64,000 nucleotides of DNA from Lingula anatina. Lineage: Eukaryota; Animalia; Brachiopoda. The translations under genes and the position numbers were made by a program. Under the pieces are notes generated by a model, which saw nothing but the letters and a program-made list of their open reading frames with translations, ran no database searches and was not told the origin of the DNA. Below, in pieces: positions 1 through 14,200 of the stretch (the first letter of the stretch is position 1; every line of letters begins with the position of its first letter). The stretch covers positions 17,498,567 to 17,562,566 of the forward strand of contig CM120649.1 of the NCBI GenBank assembly GCA_051362555.1, given 5' to 3'.

Positions 1-709
1 TCCTATACTTGATTTATTCTCAAGGGCTTGCTAGAATAACGGCCCAGTTTGTTATGCACAGAAAAACATTACTGGACAATGTTACCGGAAGAGAGTCTTG
101 AAGGTATAGAAAGAGAAATGAACTGAGTCTATAAGGCAACTCAGTTACTTTGGTTAAAAACTAGTGTGAAACATTTGGTTTAGGATCCACTTTTGAAACT
201 GTGATAAGTGTAAACAGTGTGTTAAATGTATGTAAGACATGACATTGTGTTAGGTGTGACAAGGTGCTAGGTGCGATATTGCGTTAGGTGTGACAGGGTG
301 GTAAGTATAAGAAAGTTGACACTGATGTGTCTTGGTGTTCAAATTCATGTAGAGATCAGTACAAAGAGATATATATAATTTGAAGATTTAACAATGCAAA
401 GTTCAGCAATACCAGATACATATTAAAAAAAAAAAAAAAAACATTACGCAATATTAAACCAAATTAATACACAGAAAAGATGAAAAACCATCACCACCCT
501 CAGAACAGGCACAGCAATATATCATTTGTTTATAAAATAAAGAAAGTAAAACAAACAACATCTTAGTAAATGAAAACAAGAAGTCAACTGAAACAAGAAA
601 ATCTGAGTACAATTGTTAGTACGACACATGCAGATCATCACTGTGTAGGTTTTCACAGTCTAGTCTGACACCCAGAGTATCTGGGGTCACTGGAAACTTT
701 CCTCTACAT

Positions 710-879
710 CAGGTACGGATTGAGGCCGTTTTCTGGGTCTTCCAGAAGATGGTCAGATTTATCCAAGTTTACATTGATGGGTATCAAATTTTTCTGTTGG
801 AAGATGGTCAAAACATGGAGGATGGATCAACAAAGATAATTTGGAAGACTGTCAGAAAATATCTCTGGGTCCGCCCCTG
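710..879. mobile_element. MITE family 1 copy (about 170 bp, CAGGGGCGGA TIR), diverged
   Basis: Homologous to 31935-32102 and 29360-29492. Confidence 0.8.
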
Positions 880-1314
880 TATATTACTGGGAATGACAGA
901 GGCACATGTATGCTGATGATATAGCAGTGTGCTTCCAGTGACTTCTGAAACATGGGGTAAGACATGACAGCTTAACTTGGCAACATTTTCTCCCAGTTAG
1001 ACCATAAATTCTCAACTGATGAAATCGTCTCTTTGTGGTTTAGACCATTCTGAAAATCACATGGTCAGTGGAAATAATGTGTTGCCAACTTAGCCATCAC
1101 AACCCGAGTTCCGTGCATCCTGAATTTCAGAGATATCTGGAGACTAACCATCAGCAGTAGCAATTAAGCTGTGATGGAGATATGACACTATTGGTCATAA
1201 GTTTCCAGAAATCTCTGAAACTCAGGGAAGTAGTCTGTAGAATTGCCTCACAAAGAACAGGTGCCCCTTCATGCTATGGGACACGGTGAATACTCCATCA
1301 TTGTTTTTACCCAC

Positions 1315-1332
1315 CTGAGGCTGAGACCCATC
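1315..1332 (-). CDS. Candidate 18-nt cadherin microexon (DGSQPQ)
   Basis: Strong acceptor ttttgtttccccag, donor CAG/GTGGGT, phase 0-0, in frame after exon 10. Confidence 0.35.
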
Positions 1333-1931
1333 CTGGGGAAACAAAATTACCACATGTTGCTATAGAAACACATAGACCTGTCATGTTATATAATTTATGC
1401 ATGCATTTTTTTGCACAATGTGGTCAAGTTTTGATCTCAATTTACCGGGTATAATTTAAATTTAAACTTATTACTGACCTTGATATAATGTGTGGATATT
1501 ATCTGTCACCAAGAAGGAAATCAAATTTATCTCATGTCAGTTTTGTCTTTTCTTAGTTTTCTTTAATTTCATCACTATTTTCCAAATTTTGAGAAAAGTG
1601 TTACATCTAAATGTTACATCTCAGTATCTTAATTTCAGATATATCTGGTTCAATTTATAACATATATGACTTCACTTTGTTGCTGACAAATCATACAGCT
1701 CAATACATCCATGCAGTTAACATGACAACTATTAAATCATAACAAGCACATTTGTATTTTATTTGATCAGCAGCTCTAGCATTAGTATGCACTGACTTTT
1801 GAAAAAAGTCCATGTGTTTTGACAAACTTACCATTTTACTAATCTAAATATTTTACCAAGGATCATGTAATAAATCAAACAAGCTCTGATTGTCAAACAA
1901 TCAAAAGCTGTAGAAGTGATTTTCAACAAAT

Positions 1932-2015
1932 TGTCAGTGGGTAGTATCCACAAGTCAGTGAGCAGTATCCACATGTCAGTGTCTGGTATCCACATGTCAT
2001 TGAGACATACCCACA
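1932..2015. repeat. 21-bp tandem repeat, about 4 copies (tgtcagtgnnnngtatccaca)
   Basis: Direct inspection; explains spurious ORFs 1828-2016 and 1916-2101. Confidence 0.8.
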
Positions 2016-2111
2016 TTAAACACAGTTATAAAATTTTCTGTATACACATTCAGTTACAGGCCTCAAAACGAAACCCTGTGTATTTAAATCCCACCCAATA
2101 AAGGTACTCAC

Positions 2112-2285
2112 CAAATCCATATCCTTTGCTGACACTGTGAGTACAGAGGTGCCTATGGGCACGTTCTCTACCAGAGTGGCAAAGTAAGTGTCCTTAAGAA
2201 ACTTGGGAGGGTTGACATTGGAAGCCTGTACTCTGATTTTTACCCCAGCGAGTGCATTTCTGTCAGGGTTGTCTTGCTGTGTGGC
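2112..2285 (-). CDS. Cadherin exon 10 (ATQQDNPDRNALAGVKIRVQASNVNPPKFLKDTYFATLVENVPIGTSVLTVSAKDMDL)
   Basis: PxF...Y...xEN...GT...AxDxD; tcttccag acceptor, gtgagt donor; 174 nt. Confidence 0.95.
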
Positions 2286-5200
2286 CTGGAAGATACAGAG
2301 GATGTAATGGGGGATAAAATAGTTTCTGTGAGTATGATAGTGTGTTAGGTTTGGTAGTAATTTTTGGATGTGACAGTGTGTTAGGTGTGACAGTAGTTTT
2401 TTGGATGTGACAGTGTGTTGGATGTGACAGTGTGTTAGGTGTGACAGTAGTTTTTTGGATGTGACAGTGTGTTGGATGTGACAGTAGTTTTTTGGGTGTG
2501 GCAGTGTGTTGGATGTGACAGTGTGTTAGGTGTGACAGTAGTTTTTTGGATGTGACAGTGTGTTAGGTGTGACAGTAGTTTTTTGGATGTGACAGTGTTG
2601 GATGTGACAGTAGTTATTTGGGTGTGGCAGTGTGTTGGATGTGACAGTGTGTTAGGTGTGACAGTAGTTTTTTGGATGTGACAGTGTGTTAGGTGTGACA
2701 GTAGTTTTTTGGATGTGACAGTGTGTTGGATGTGACAGTAGTTTTTTGGGTGTGGCAGTGTGTTGGATGTGACAGTGTGTTAGGTGTGACAGTAGTTTTT
2801 TGGATGTGACAGTGTGTTAGGTGTGACAGTAGTTTTTTGGGTGTGGCAGTGTGTTGGATGTGACAGTAGTTTTTTGGGTGTGGCAGTGTGTTAGGTGTGA
2901 CAGTAGTTTTTTGGATGTGACAGTGTGTTAGGTGTGACAGTAGTTTTTTGGATGTGACAGTGTGTTAGGTGTGACAGTAGTTTTTTGGATGTGACAGTGT
3001 GTTAGGTGTGACAGTAGTTTTTTGGATGTGACAGTGTGTTAGGTGTGACAGTAGTTTTTTGGGTGTGGCAGTGTGTTAGGTGTGACAGTAGTTTTTTGGA
3101 TGTGACAGTGTGTTAGGTGTGACAGTAGTTTTTTGGATGTGACAGTGTGTTAGGTGTGACAGTAGTTTTTTGGATGTGACAGTGTGTTAGGTGTGACAGT
3201 AGTTTTTTGGATGTGACAGTGTGTTGGATGTGACAGTAGTTTTTTGGGTGTGGCAGTGTGTTGGATGTGACAGTGTGTTAGGTGTGACAGTAGTTTTTTG
3301 GATGTGACAGTGTGTTAGGTGTGACAGTAGTTTTTTGGATGTGACAGTGTGTTGGATGTGACAGTAGTTTTTTGGGTGTGGCAGTGTGTTGGATGTGACA
3401 GTGTGTTAGGTGTGACAGTAGTTTTTTGGATGTGACAGTGTGTTAGGTGTGACAGTAGTTTTTTGGGTGTGGCAGTGTGTTGGATGTGACAGTAGTTTTT
3501 TGGGTGTGGCAGTGTGTTAGGTGTGACAGTAGTTTTTTGGATGTGACAGTGTGTTAGGTGTGACAGTAGTTTTTTGGATGTGACAGTGTGTTAGGTGTGA
3601 CAGTAGTTTTTTGGATGTGACAGTGTGTTAGATGTGACAGTAGTTTTTTGGGTGTGGCAGTGTGTTGGATGTGACAGTAGTTTTTTGGGTGTGGCAGTGT
3701 GTTAGGTGTGACAGTAGTTTTTTGGATGTGACAGTGTGTTAGGTGTGACAGTAGTTTTTTGGATGTGACAGTGTGTTAGGTGTGACAGTAGTTTTTTGGA
3801 TGTGACAGTGTGTTAGGTGTGACAGTAGTTTTTTGGATGTGACAGTGTGTTAGGTGTGACAGTAGTTTTTTGGATGTGACAGTGTGTTGGATGTGACAGT
3901 AGTTTTTTGGGTGTGGCAGTGTGTTGGATGTGACAGTGTGTTAGGTGTGACAGTAGTTTTTTGGATGTGACAGTGTGTTAGGTGTGACAGTAGTTTTTTG
4001 GGTGTGGCAGTGTGTTGGATGTGACAGTAGTTTTTTGGGTGTGGCAGTGTGTTGGATGTGACAGTGTGTTAGGTGTGACAGTAGTTTTTTGGATGTGACA
4101 GTGTGTTAGGTGTGACAGTAGTTTTTTGGATGTGACAGTGTGTTAGGTGTGACAGTAGTTTTTTGGGTGTGGCAGTGTGTTGGATGTGACAGTAGTTTTT
4201 TGGGTGTGGCAGTGTGTTGGATGTGACAGTGTGTTAGGTGTGACAGTAGTTTTTTGGATGTGACAGTGTGTTAGGTGTGACAGTAGTTTTTTGGGTGTGG
4301 CAGTGTGTTGGATGTGACAGTGTGTTAGGTGTGACAGTAGTTTTTTGGGTGTGGCAGTGTGTTGGGTGTGACAGTGTGTTAGGTGTGACAGTGTGTTAGG
4401 TGCGATTCTGATTGACTGGTTTTTGGTATTAACAAAGTCTTAGGCATAACAGAGTGTGTGTGTGAGATATGGTATTTTGTAATGGTGTGACTGTGCTTTG
4501 TTAGTACTATGTGATGATGAACTAAGCATCACACCTTTATAAGTTTATAACTTGAATGTTCATTATAAATGATAACAAATCTCACACATCCTACTCATAC
4601 CTTCACTTGAAAGAAGAACTCTCTCCCTCTGAACAGTGTATCTTTCTGTACAAATATGTTCCCTGTTCTATGGTCAATGTAAAAATAGCTGCTGTCACCT
4701 GGAAAGATCAGATATTTCTTATCCTAAGTGTGTATGTGTGAGTAAATGCCAAAATACTCAAATAAATTTTTATGTGATGTTGACCAATGCAATTAAACTG
4801 CAAGCGTTAATTGCCAAGTTTGTTTCAATTGAGGAGCACTTTATAAAATCTTGCAGCCATTTTAATAGTCTGAACTGGGAATTAATGTTCTTCGCAGTCC
4901 AGATGAACAGTGTTATACATATACCTACCAGTGTCAGTGCTGTCACTCCTCTCTATGGTGTACAATACTCCAGTATTTATTCCCGTGTCTTGGTCTATGG
5001 CAAATATTGGTGTAAACATATGAACCTGTGTGTTCTAGAAAGAAATAGTTGATAGATAAGATAAGGTATAACTCTAGAGGTAAACAGAAGAAAATAAGTG
5101 AAAGATCAAGTCTGTTGCAAATTTGTGTATTGTTATTTCAATGATTTATTTTACTTCTCATCAAAATTAACTTTTTATGTTAGTCCACTAAATACAGTTC

Positions 5201-8200
5201 TTCAATTGATCTTGTGATGAGGCTTGTTTACATACAGAAAACTGGAGAATAAATTAAAGAAACAAATCCTAGGAGTAATTCAAGACCCCGCTTGCCATCT
5301 TACCCTGGTGGCATTTTCTAGGACTGTCCCCTCATAGACAGGGTGTAGGAACTTAGGATTCTGGTCATCTCCGTCTGTGATATTGACCTTCAGTAACACA
5401 GTGGTGTTGAACTGGGGGTCCCCATTGGCTGGGTGGTCCTGAGAGGGAAATTATTTATTTACTTATTTATTTATTTATTGTGGTATTTATTTATTTATTT
5501 TTCTTTAGCTTTTAATGTAATTCTACATTTTCATTCTTTTTTCCTAAACATTGCCACATTTTGCATTGACTATGACTTAAAAGTTTCAAATGATTTTGTT
5601 CGGTTCTTACATTTATCCTATTCATGCAGATAAACCATATAAACCATGATTATAAATAGGTAACCCTCTGTGTAGGATTGATGGTTTCTAGATTGATGAA
5701 TAAATATTTAAAAGGCATTTATGTTACTAAAAAATTTTGATGCATAAGTAGTTTCTTTTAATTCAAATTTACAATGAAATATTTTTCAGATAATTTTAAG
5801 CAAGTAAAAATTGCATTCTTAAAACACCTGCAGCTTGAAAACTGTGAAACTGACTTGTATATAATGGAATGAGGTGGGTTTTATCAACCATAATAATAAT
5901 AATAATAAATAAATAAATAATCACAATTAAACATCTGCCAAATAACATACTGGACTGTGGGAAATTTATAACATAAGACTATAACAATGTGACAGTTTTT
6001 GATACTTTGTTAAACAATACAAGGCCAATACCCATTATACACCTATGTTATGATATTATAAACTGATACAATGTAACATGGCATTGCTAGTATGTAGAAT
6101 AGTGATAACAGAAGAAAGCTGTCACAAGTGATGGATTTCTGCTATGTTGAATTATGTAAAGAAAACAAAAGACACTCAAAGAAACCTTAGTCTCTGCTCT
6201 TAATTATTCAAAAGCACGCAAATACACTGGCCACAATAAATAGGAATGCAGAGCGTCTAACCCAAAGCAATTAATTTCCAAAACATACATAGCTAGAATA
6301 AATGTTCCTGCTCTTAATTCTGCTCCATGGGCAGATTTGCATATCAAATCAAGCATATTATTTTAGCCCATTCTTAACTTGACTTGTAAGTAATGTGCAT
6401 AGCCACATCATCCTCCTTCAAATAACATAATTTACATTGATCTCTATTGTGTTACATAAGCAATTACGTAAGTAAATAAGGGGGGATTAGCTGCTTTGTA
6501 TTAAGTTACCTGCCTCAGGTAAGAGGCACATTCCCTTTAACGTAATGAAGCTGGACAACATGTAAATGCTTTGGACTTGTATTTGTCCTTGAGACTTCTA
6601 CAGGTGAAGTGTGAATGGTTTTCAATTTATTTCCCTTGTAAGACCACTATTAATTTCACAATTCTAATCCATTGAAAAGCTTGACAAAGTATATATTTTA
6701 GTTTGGACTGTGTGCATTTTAATGTCAATGTGAGTTTAGTCTTCTTTCATTTTTTTTTTTCTTTTTAAATCTGAGACAGGGCATATAACAGGCGTTTTTC
6801 TAATCATATCATTTTTTTCCTCTTAAACACAAATTGGTACATGTTTACCTAAAAGCAGTTATTAAACTGACCCCACACAGGTCAACAAGTGCATATCAGA
6901 GATCAATATTGGTCAAGTGGCTACTCTGGTCACAAAAGGGTTATATATTAAGTATTCTCAAGTGGTAGCCCCATTGCTATCAAATCCTATTGTTAATCCT
7001 TTAAAGCCATAAACTTCCAAATTTTCTACCTATATTTATATCATTATCTAGACTGGGGAGGGGGGGGAGGGGTTTACACTATCCATATTGTATTATTTTC
7101 TGCAAAATTAAACATCATTTCAATTAATTTCAATGATCAAATAAAACCTCTCACATGTCCGAGGGTTTTGGCCACCTGAGGACTTCCTATTTAATCACCT
7201 GTTAAAATACCCTCCAAGACCCGTGGGTTAGGATAAATCCAGCAACCTGCTTGGACAATGGGTCCCATGTTTACGCTGTTGTAGAAATGAGTTTTGAATA
7301 CCAGGCTGCCAACAAAGAATCTCATGTTTAACAAATGGGACACTTGTGTTACACCATTACCTTGCACAAGTGTAAACTCAACATCGAGTTCAACAGTTTA
7401 GCTTACAACTTAATCTGCAGATTAGGGCATGTTTTCTCCACCTGTATGTAGAGAAAAATGCCATAAGGTACCGTGTACATACCATGACCCTTCGGTCGTG
7501 TTTACCTTGAAACCATTCTGTTGTGTTCCCAAACTTTTAATCACCGATGATTGTTAACGAAAGCATTCCAAATTTGACTTGCATACCTGTGTATATCAGA
7601 GGAGGGATTAATATCTCGTGGGACTTTTACACCTTGCGGACATTTTGTTTGACAATAGCCAGGTATTTTGATAGCCTCTCTGACTACCTACACATGAAGT
7701 ATGCAAATGTTCTTTTCCATACAGCATGTGTGTATATTAAAAGGAGGATTGTTGTTCATGTCCTTTGTAATTGGAACATGTTATAGTTACATTAGTAACA
7801 GAACTGATGATACAACGTTTCAAAATTGAATGAAAGCATTTATTGAAAATCTGGTCAGAAGTAATTTATTATTTAAAACATTTGTCATACTGTATTCACT
7901 TTCATCGTGATCTGGCCATAATAATACATGTAATCGTGCAAGTCATTCTCATTGTTATTCCTTCTATTATTTGGGTGAATCGATTTGAATGATAGACTGA
8001 AATGTCCACAGAAAACGTGCAGTGCTGATAAAATAAGAGGTCTACACCTGACGTGGCATGGGTTTTGGCTTTATACTGTGCTAATCTTTAACTTTTACCT
8101 TTAAAGGGGTAACAAAAATGACAGGATTAATAAATATTTGTTTTGATGCTGACACTCATGGTTAAAAACTGAGGAAACAATTACACAGTTAAGATATTTA

Positions 8201-11200
8201 AGACCTGTTCCACAAGCATTCTCTTATCTTAGAATTAACTGCTTTCAACGACAGCTGATATTACTGTGCCTTCAATAATTGATAACAATTGTCACTTACA
8301 TGAACCACAACATACAGTCAGCTGCTACTGATGCCAGTTCAACAAATTTTTCAAGGTGATGTTGTCACACAGTTTAAAGCAGTTTTTTAAAAACATATTT
8401 CATGTTCTTATTATTTGTTATGCTTTGAAATAAGCTGTTTGCAACATAGTCAGCTGCCAATTAACTTAATCACCTCCTAAAGTAAGTCAACTGTCACTGA
8501 CATCTTAACCATGTGTCAATTTTATTTCATGTCAATATTCATTGACACATAATGCACATCATGCAGCTGAAAACCTATTTTTGGTATGATTATGATTGTC
8601 ACTGTGTCACTGATATTCTATACACCAATGTGTCAAATGTCACTGACATCTCACATGACTGACATGATCCGTGTCCTGTGTCACCTTACCTTTGCCATGA
8701 CTATAACTGTCACTGACATCCTCAACACCACCGTATCATTGTGTCATTGACACCTTCAGGTGATTGTGCCAACTGTCACTGATGGTTTTATGTGATTGTG
8801 TCCTGTGTCAACTTGCCTTTGCCACAGAGACAACTGTCATTAACATCCTATACACCACTGTCATTGACACCTCACATGATTGTGTCAACTATCACTGAAC
8901 ATCTTTCACATTATATTGTCCCATGTCAACTCACCTTTGCCATGATGACAACTGTCATCGCCCTCTGACCTCTGTCATAGTCCAGGGACCTGTTCAGCGT
9001 CACCTTGCCTTGGGCGGGTATTGGGATGTCAAAGTAAGTCTGTAAATTAAAAAAAAATTCAATGATAATTTGGCTGAGGTTTCACTTTCATAATAAGTAC
9101 CTGTCAGAGTGGGTTACAGTGCTAGCTTTGAAGATTATCTTGTGTTTGAGAGTGTGTGCATGCATGTATGTGTGTGCATGCTTGTGCATTTGTGCATGCA
9201 TCTGTATGTGTAGGCCTGTAAAGAACAATTTCAAAGGTAGGCTTTTCTTTTTTCTGATAAATTGAGAAATGATATACCAGAACTTGGTTCAAATTCTGAA
9301 GCAGAACTGACAAGCTTCACCTACTAAAAAGGGTGGTTCTTTTTGAACCCCCTATCCCCACATCCTGTTCCTACAGCCCTCGTGTGTGCATAGTACATAT
9401 AGCTGCATAGAAATGTGCTTAAAGGAGAATGTGTGCATATGCACAGGTACGTAAGTGCAAGACAGCATGTCCCTGCATAAATGGTCTAATGTGCATGCCT
9501 CCAGGCATGGGCATTATCATTCCCATCAAACCGTAGCATATGCTGGGCAACAGAAGGGATGATGTTCCACTTCATATCTTATCACATTTTAATGACATCA
9601 CAACTATCACATTTTCCACATATTCACAGTGTCTTATATATTACTGATATATTTTCACTTCTACACCTTTCCTTTCCCACCAGAGTCAACCTCTTAAAAT
9701 GGTAAATCACCTTAAAATGTTCCTTAAATAACATAGTTACAAGTGACATTTCCTAAGCTTAAACTTAAATGTTTCTTTTTAATGGTCAGATATGCATCAG
9801 CCGTAGAAGATGCCCAATTATAAAGTAATCTGTTGCACTCAATTATTTTCTGGTTTTGACATGGTATTTTGGTGATACTGCTATTAATCCTCAAGAAAGC
9901 AGTCACTTTGATACAAAAATTGTGATTAAAAGAAGCCCCCCTGTCATTTACATTTAATTAATGCCTTGTTGACTACATATATGTATCTAGAGTCTTAAAG
10001 AACACAGCAACAACAGGATGTATTTGCCTGGTTTCTAAGATAGCTTGTTTAGAATAAGATTACTGTATGTGCAAACATGGTAAAGATAATCCTATAGTTT
10101 TTTTCCAGTTTTTCTGATTGGATTTTGTAAACTTTGCTTAACAGGAGCAAACCTGAGGTGACTGACATGTCAAAAATTAATTTGTAACTTCTGGTCTTTT
10201 TTCATCATTCAGGGGATAGTTTTGACTAGCTGACAGGATCTCACCTTTGTTTGATGACCTTGATGTGTGACCTTGACCTATGGCCTTGACACGCACTGAA
10301 CCAGTGACTTGACATTAAATATCAAAGATTCCAAACTCTTCAATTTTTTTTAAATCTAAAATTGTTTGTGCTGATGAATTTTTTTATAATACCAGTAATG
10401 TTTTGAAGTTATCTATACAATATTGCAATATTTCTGGCATTTTTAATATTATTACTTATAATTATTAGCATGTACTGTATTTATACACATTGTTCTCCTT
10501 GTTTTATATACAGGCATGTCCTCTCCGTTATTACTAATTTTTCCCTGCATTTAATATTCTTTCCGCATTTAATGCACAATCCTATTTGCTTGCGCCTGCA
10601 ATATGTTCCTTCCAGCATTTTAAAATTTTCACACAAATGAACAAACCAGCGATTAAGGCGGTCTCAGCAAGATGGGTCTGTTAATTCACATAACTCACTG
10701 ACAGCATTATAATTCAACCCTTGCCATGAATAATAGCACCTGTATGCTGAAAGCTAAAAAAGATATGTTTCACAAGCCCTGTGGATATGAGAAAAATTGT
10801 CATCATTATCGTCAATTAACCTTTGACATGCAGGTGAGAGAAAGGAGCAACTTGCCTTCAGATAGATGGCCCTGTGAGTCAAGACATGACCTTTTCTTAG
10901 CTAAGGGGATAATGCTGTAAACCCAAGCTGATTCCTCAAAGACTGGAAAATTGTTATTTAACAGTCAACCTTTGTGTGATTTTTTTTTTACTCAATTAAT
11001 TGTCATATATATTCTTGCTTCATATTTATAAAAACACTGTTAACATTTTTATTTTAAGTGCCAGTTTTTGAATGTATATTTCTACATCTAACTTAGCTGT
11101 CATGTAATAAATGCAAACTGAAATAACTTCATAGTAGTAGAAATAGTTGTAAACCATAAATAGTATTGAAAGGGCTTGGTAGTTGTTGCCCCGAGTGAAA

Positions 11201-14200
11201 TATGGAAATTACAGATATCAGTACACACCTAAGTTAATCACCATGCAATTTAAATTATATTATTGTTACTTTTATTATTATCATTATTTATTGTTATCTT
11301 TTCGGTAAATTTTATAAGGACTGTGACTCATCTGGTATATTATACTGTATGTACTTTATATAACATCTATCTATATATCAGTCACACATTGAAGATGCTT
11401 AAGGATGTCAAAAGTGCCTCGCTGAATCATGTACAGTATTTGTATATGAATCCAACAATAAACTCCTGCTCTAATTAGGTATTATTATTTCCAGTAGCCA
11501 TGATGGCTTTATCATAGCTGTCAATCTGAAGGACAAGGACATCTACCTGTAACTGTTATTAGTAATAAAGAAATTTTCTCCATAATTTGTACCCTGGAGG
11601 TCAAAGTAATGGCAATCCTTAGAGAATTATTCTATAGGAATCCTACAGAACTCTGTGGGCCACTATAGGAATCCAACATGTCCTATAGGACTCATATCTA
11701 GGATATTTGTCCTAAAGGACCAAAGAGGACTTTGGGCCAATTTTCTATAAGACATTCTTTAGGACCTGATGGGAGATTTCCATAAGGGAATGGTTTTCTT
11801 CTTCTACCCTGCCAACTCCACCTGATCCCTGTTATAATATTAATGCACCAGTATCTTTGATATTAGAGTGTTTGTTTCAAGTGGACTCTTAGGGTGCATT
11901 CCCAAAGATTTAGATCGATCCAGAGATTTAGATTTAGATCGACCTAACTCCCTGGGGGTTCTCGCTAAATTGCAGTAAGCTGAGCACGCACCATAGTTAA
12001 TTACCCCCTTACAGCTTTAAGTAGGCAGGACAGATGCTTAAGCCAGCTAAGCTGACAGTAATCTAGTGAGACTCCCCACAGGGATAGATCGATTTAAAAT
12101 CTATGGGAATGGGGTCTTAACTTCAGGGTGTTGCATGGAGACATCTATCAAACTTAAGCCATAATATACTCTCCGTTAAGTACTGTCAAATAACAGGTTA
12201 GTAAAAGTGCATTGTTGCTGAGAAATTATCTCTATAATTTTAGACCATGATGACAGAACTTTTGTGTATGGTAACTTTTTTTACTCGAGATTATTTCCTG
12301 AGGTGTTTTGTTTGCAGTTTTTTTTTCAGATAATGATGAGAGAATTGGATTTCACAGACTCCTTGTACTTTTCGGCTAAATTCAAATTTATCACATGGTA
12401 CCTGACATGCCTGTTATTAACTTTTGTGGTTATATTTATTTCTGATGGTGAGAATTCAAACATAAGGTGCACAGGACGTAATCTGTCTTAGGCAAATACA
12501 GACTTAAAGGACATAAAAATTTCTGGCAATTGAAAAAATGTAGTCCAATATATTTCTTTTTAATGTATAGGCAAAAAGTAATTGTTAAATTTTTGAAATC
12601 TATTTACTTATATCCACTACCTTATTTTATCAACTATTTTATTAATTTGGTTTTAATTAACCAATTTTTTTTCTAATTTATCATGGATCATGAGCTTTAG
12701 TTGTTTTAAGAATACAACATACCACCCACAACATATAACACATACCAGTATAACTGATCTGATCATTTTCCTGCACGAAAAACAGTTAAAAGATTTGTGT
12801 TAAATTTATATTTCACCCACCCAAAAATAATAATAACACAGGTTTTCTGGTAGATTGTGTCCAATTCCCCATTACAACGGTCTGACATTCCTTACTTTGT
12901 GTCTCTCTTTTATTTTCACCAGCTACTGCATGTAGATACTCATACATGGACCGTGTTTTTGTTTAATGTCTATAGATGGAAACACACATGCCAACACCAA
13001 TTTCAGTCTTATTCATTAGATTCCACATGTACTGCTACTGTATGATAATGTAACCCATATCATATAATATGGTCATTCACTGGACTGTGACCAGTCTATT
13101 TACTTAACAAATTCATGGACACTAATAAGCCTACAATGTTGATTATGAAAAAAAAAAAATATGCACTTTTTTTAGTGCATGTACTAGTTCAAATGCTGCA
13201 GCTCTGACTAGGCTTCAGTTTTTTTGTTTTGTTTTTTTTGTCCAAAAACAATCCCAGTGCTTTTTATTTTGATGACTTAATTATTTATCATATAAGCAGT
13301 GATGAAATTCAGGCTCAGTCCCCTCTGATTTCATTGATTGACCAGCAAATAATGTGTGACACATATTGAACACCTTTCTTGATCCCGATCCTATTTTCTC
13401 AATCTAAAATCAACTCCCAGACACAAAAGCCCACACGGGTAAAGTGTGAATTATCCAGCCCTATCAAAAGCAGCACAAACATTTACAGACTTAAGTAAAT
13501 TATAATTAGTCACAGTGTTTTCAAATGGGGTTTATTTACTTTGCAGTGGCAGAGGCTGTGTCCCTTCAGTTTTGTTCTCCTGTGGTATGGTGTGTATACG
13601 TATTGTTGTTTGAGGAAGTTGCGTTGTTCAGAAAACTGCCTGTACCTGCCACATAGTTCCACTGTTTTTCTTGTCAACTGCCGGGATATCGATTGAAAAA
13701 CTGAGAACCATCCCAGGGACATAAATTCACCGCTGGATTCCATGTTCATCTACATGCATGATTATGGAATCTTAAAGTCTTTTAGTGAAATATACAAATG
13801 ACAGTAAGAAATATATTTACAGGCCCATGGGGGTTGGTTTGTTGGTGGTGGTGGTGGTGGTGGTGGTGGGGGGGGGGGGGGGGGGGGGGAGAGGTCAAAT
13901 TTAAGAAACCACACTCTTGGTCAGAAAAGGTCCACCGTTTTATTTTATTACATTCCATTTTTCAAGTTGAGTCAAAGGGATGAAAAAAGTCCATTTTTTT
14001 TCAGGAAAAAAAAAAAAAAAAAAACACTAAAATTTCTGGCTGCAGGCCTGATATACTGGTGCATCTATTTATATATTTACTCCTTTATCTACATTTGCAT
14101 CTATTCATCTATCTGGTAAACTCCAAAACTCAGCAAGACTCAAAGACAGCTGCCGTGAGATTTTTCTGTCGGTAGAATAAAATGTCTGTATACAGCTCAA

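Noticed and set aside
1832-1907. Minus-strand segment bounded by cttctacag and gtaagt
   Set aside because: 76 nt with an in-frame stop after exon 10 and no cadherin motif; at most a cryptic exon
2340-4405. CRISPR-like appearance of the 37-bp array
   Set aside because: No unique spacers and no cas genes; it lies in a eukaryotic intron
10250-10315. TGACCT(TGA) repeats resembling nuclear receptor half-sites
   Set aside because: Short degenerate repeat with no independent evidence of function
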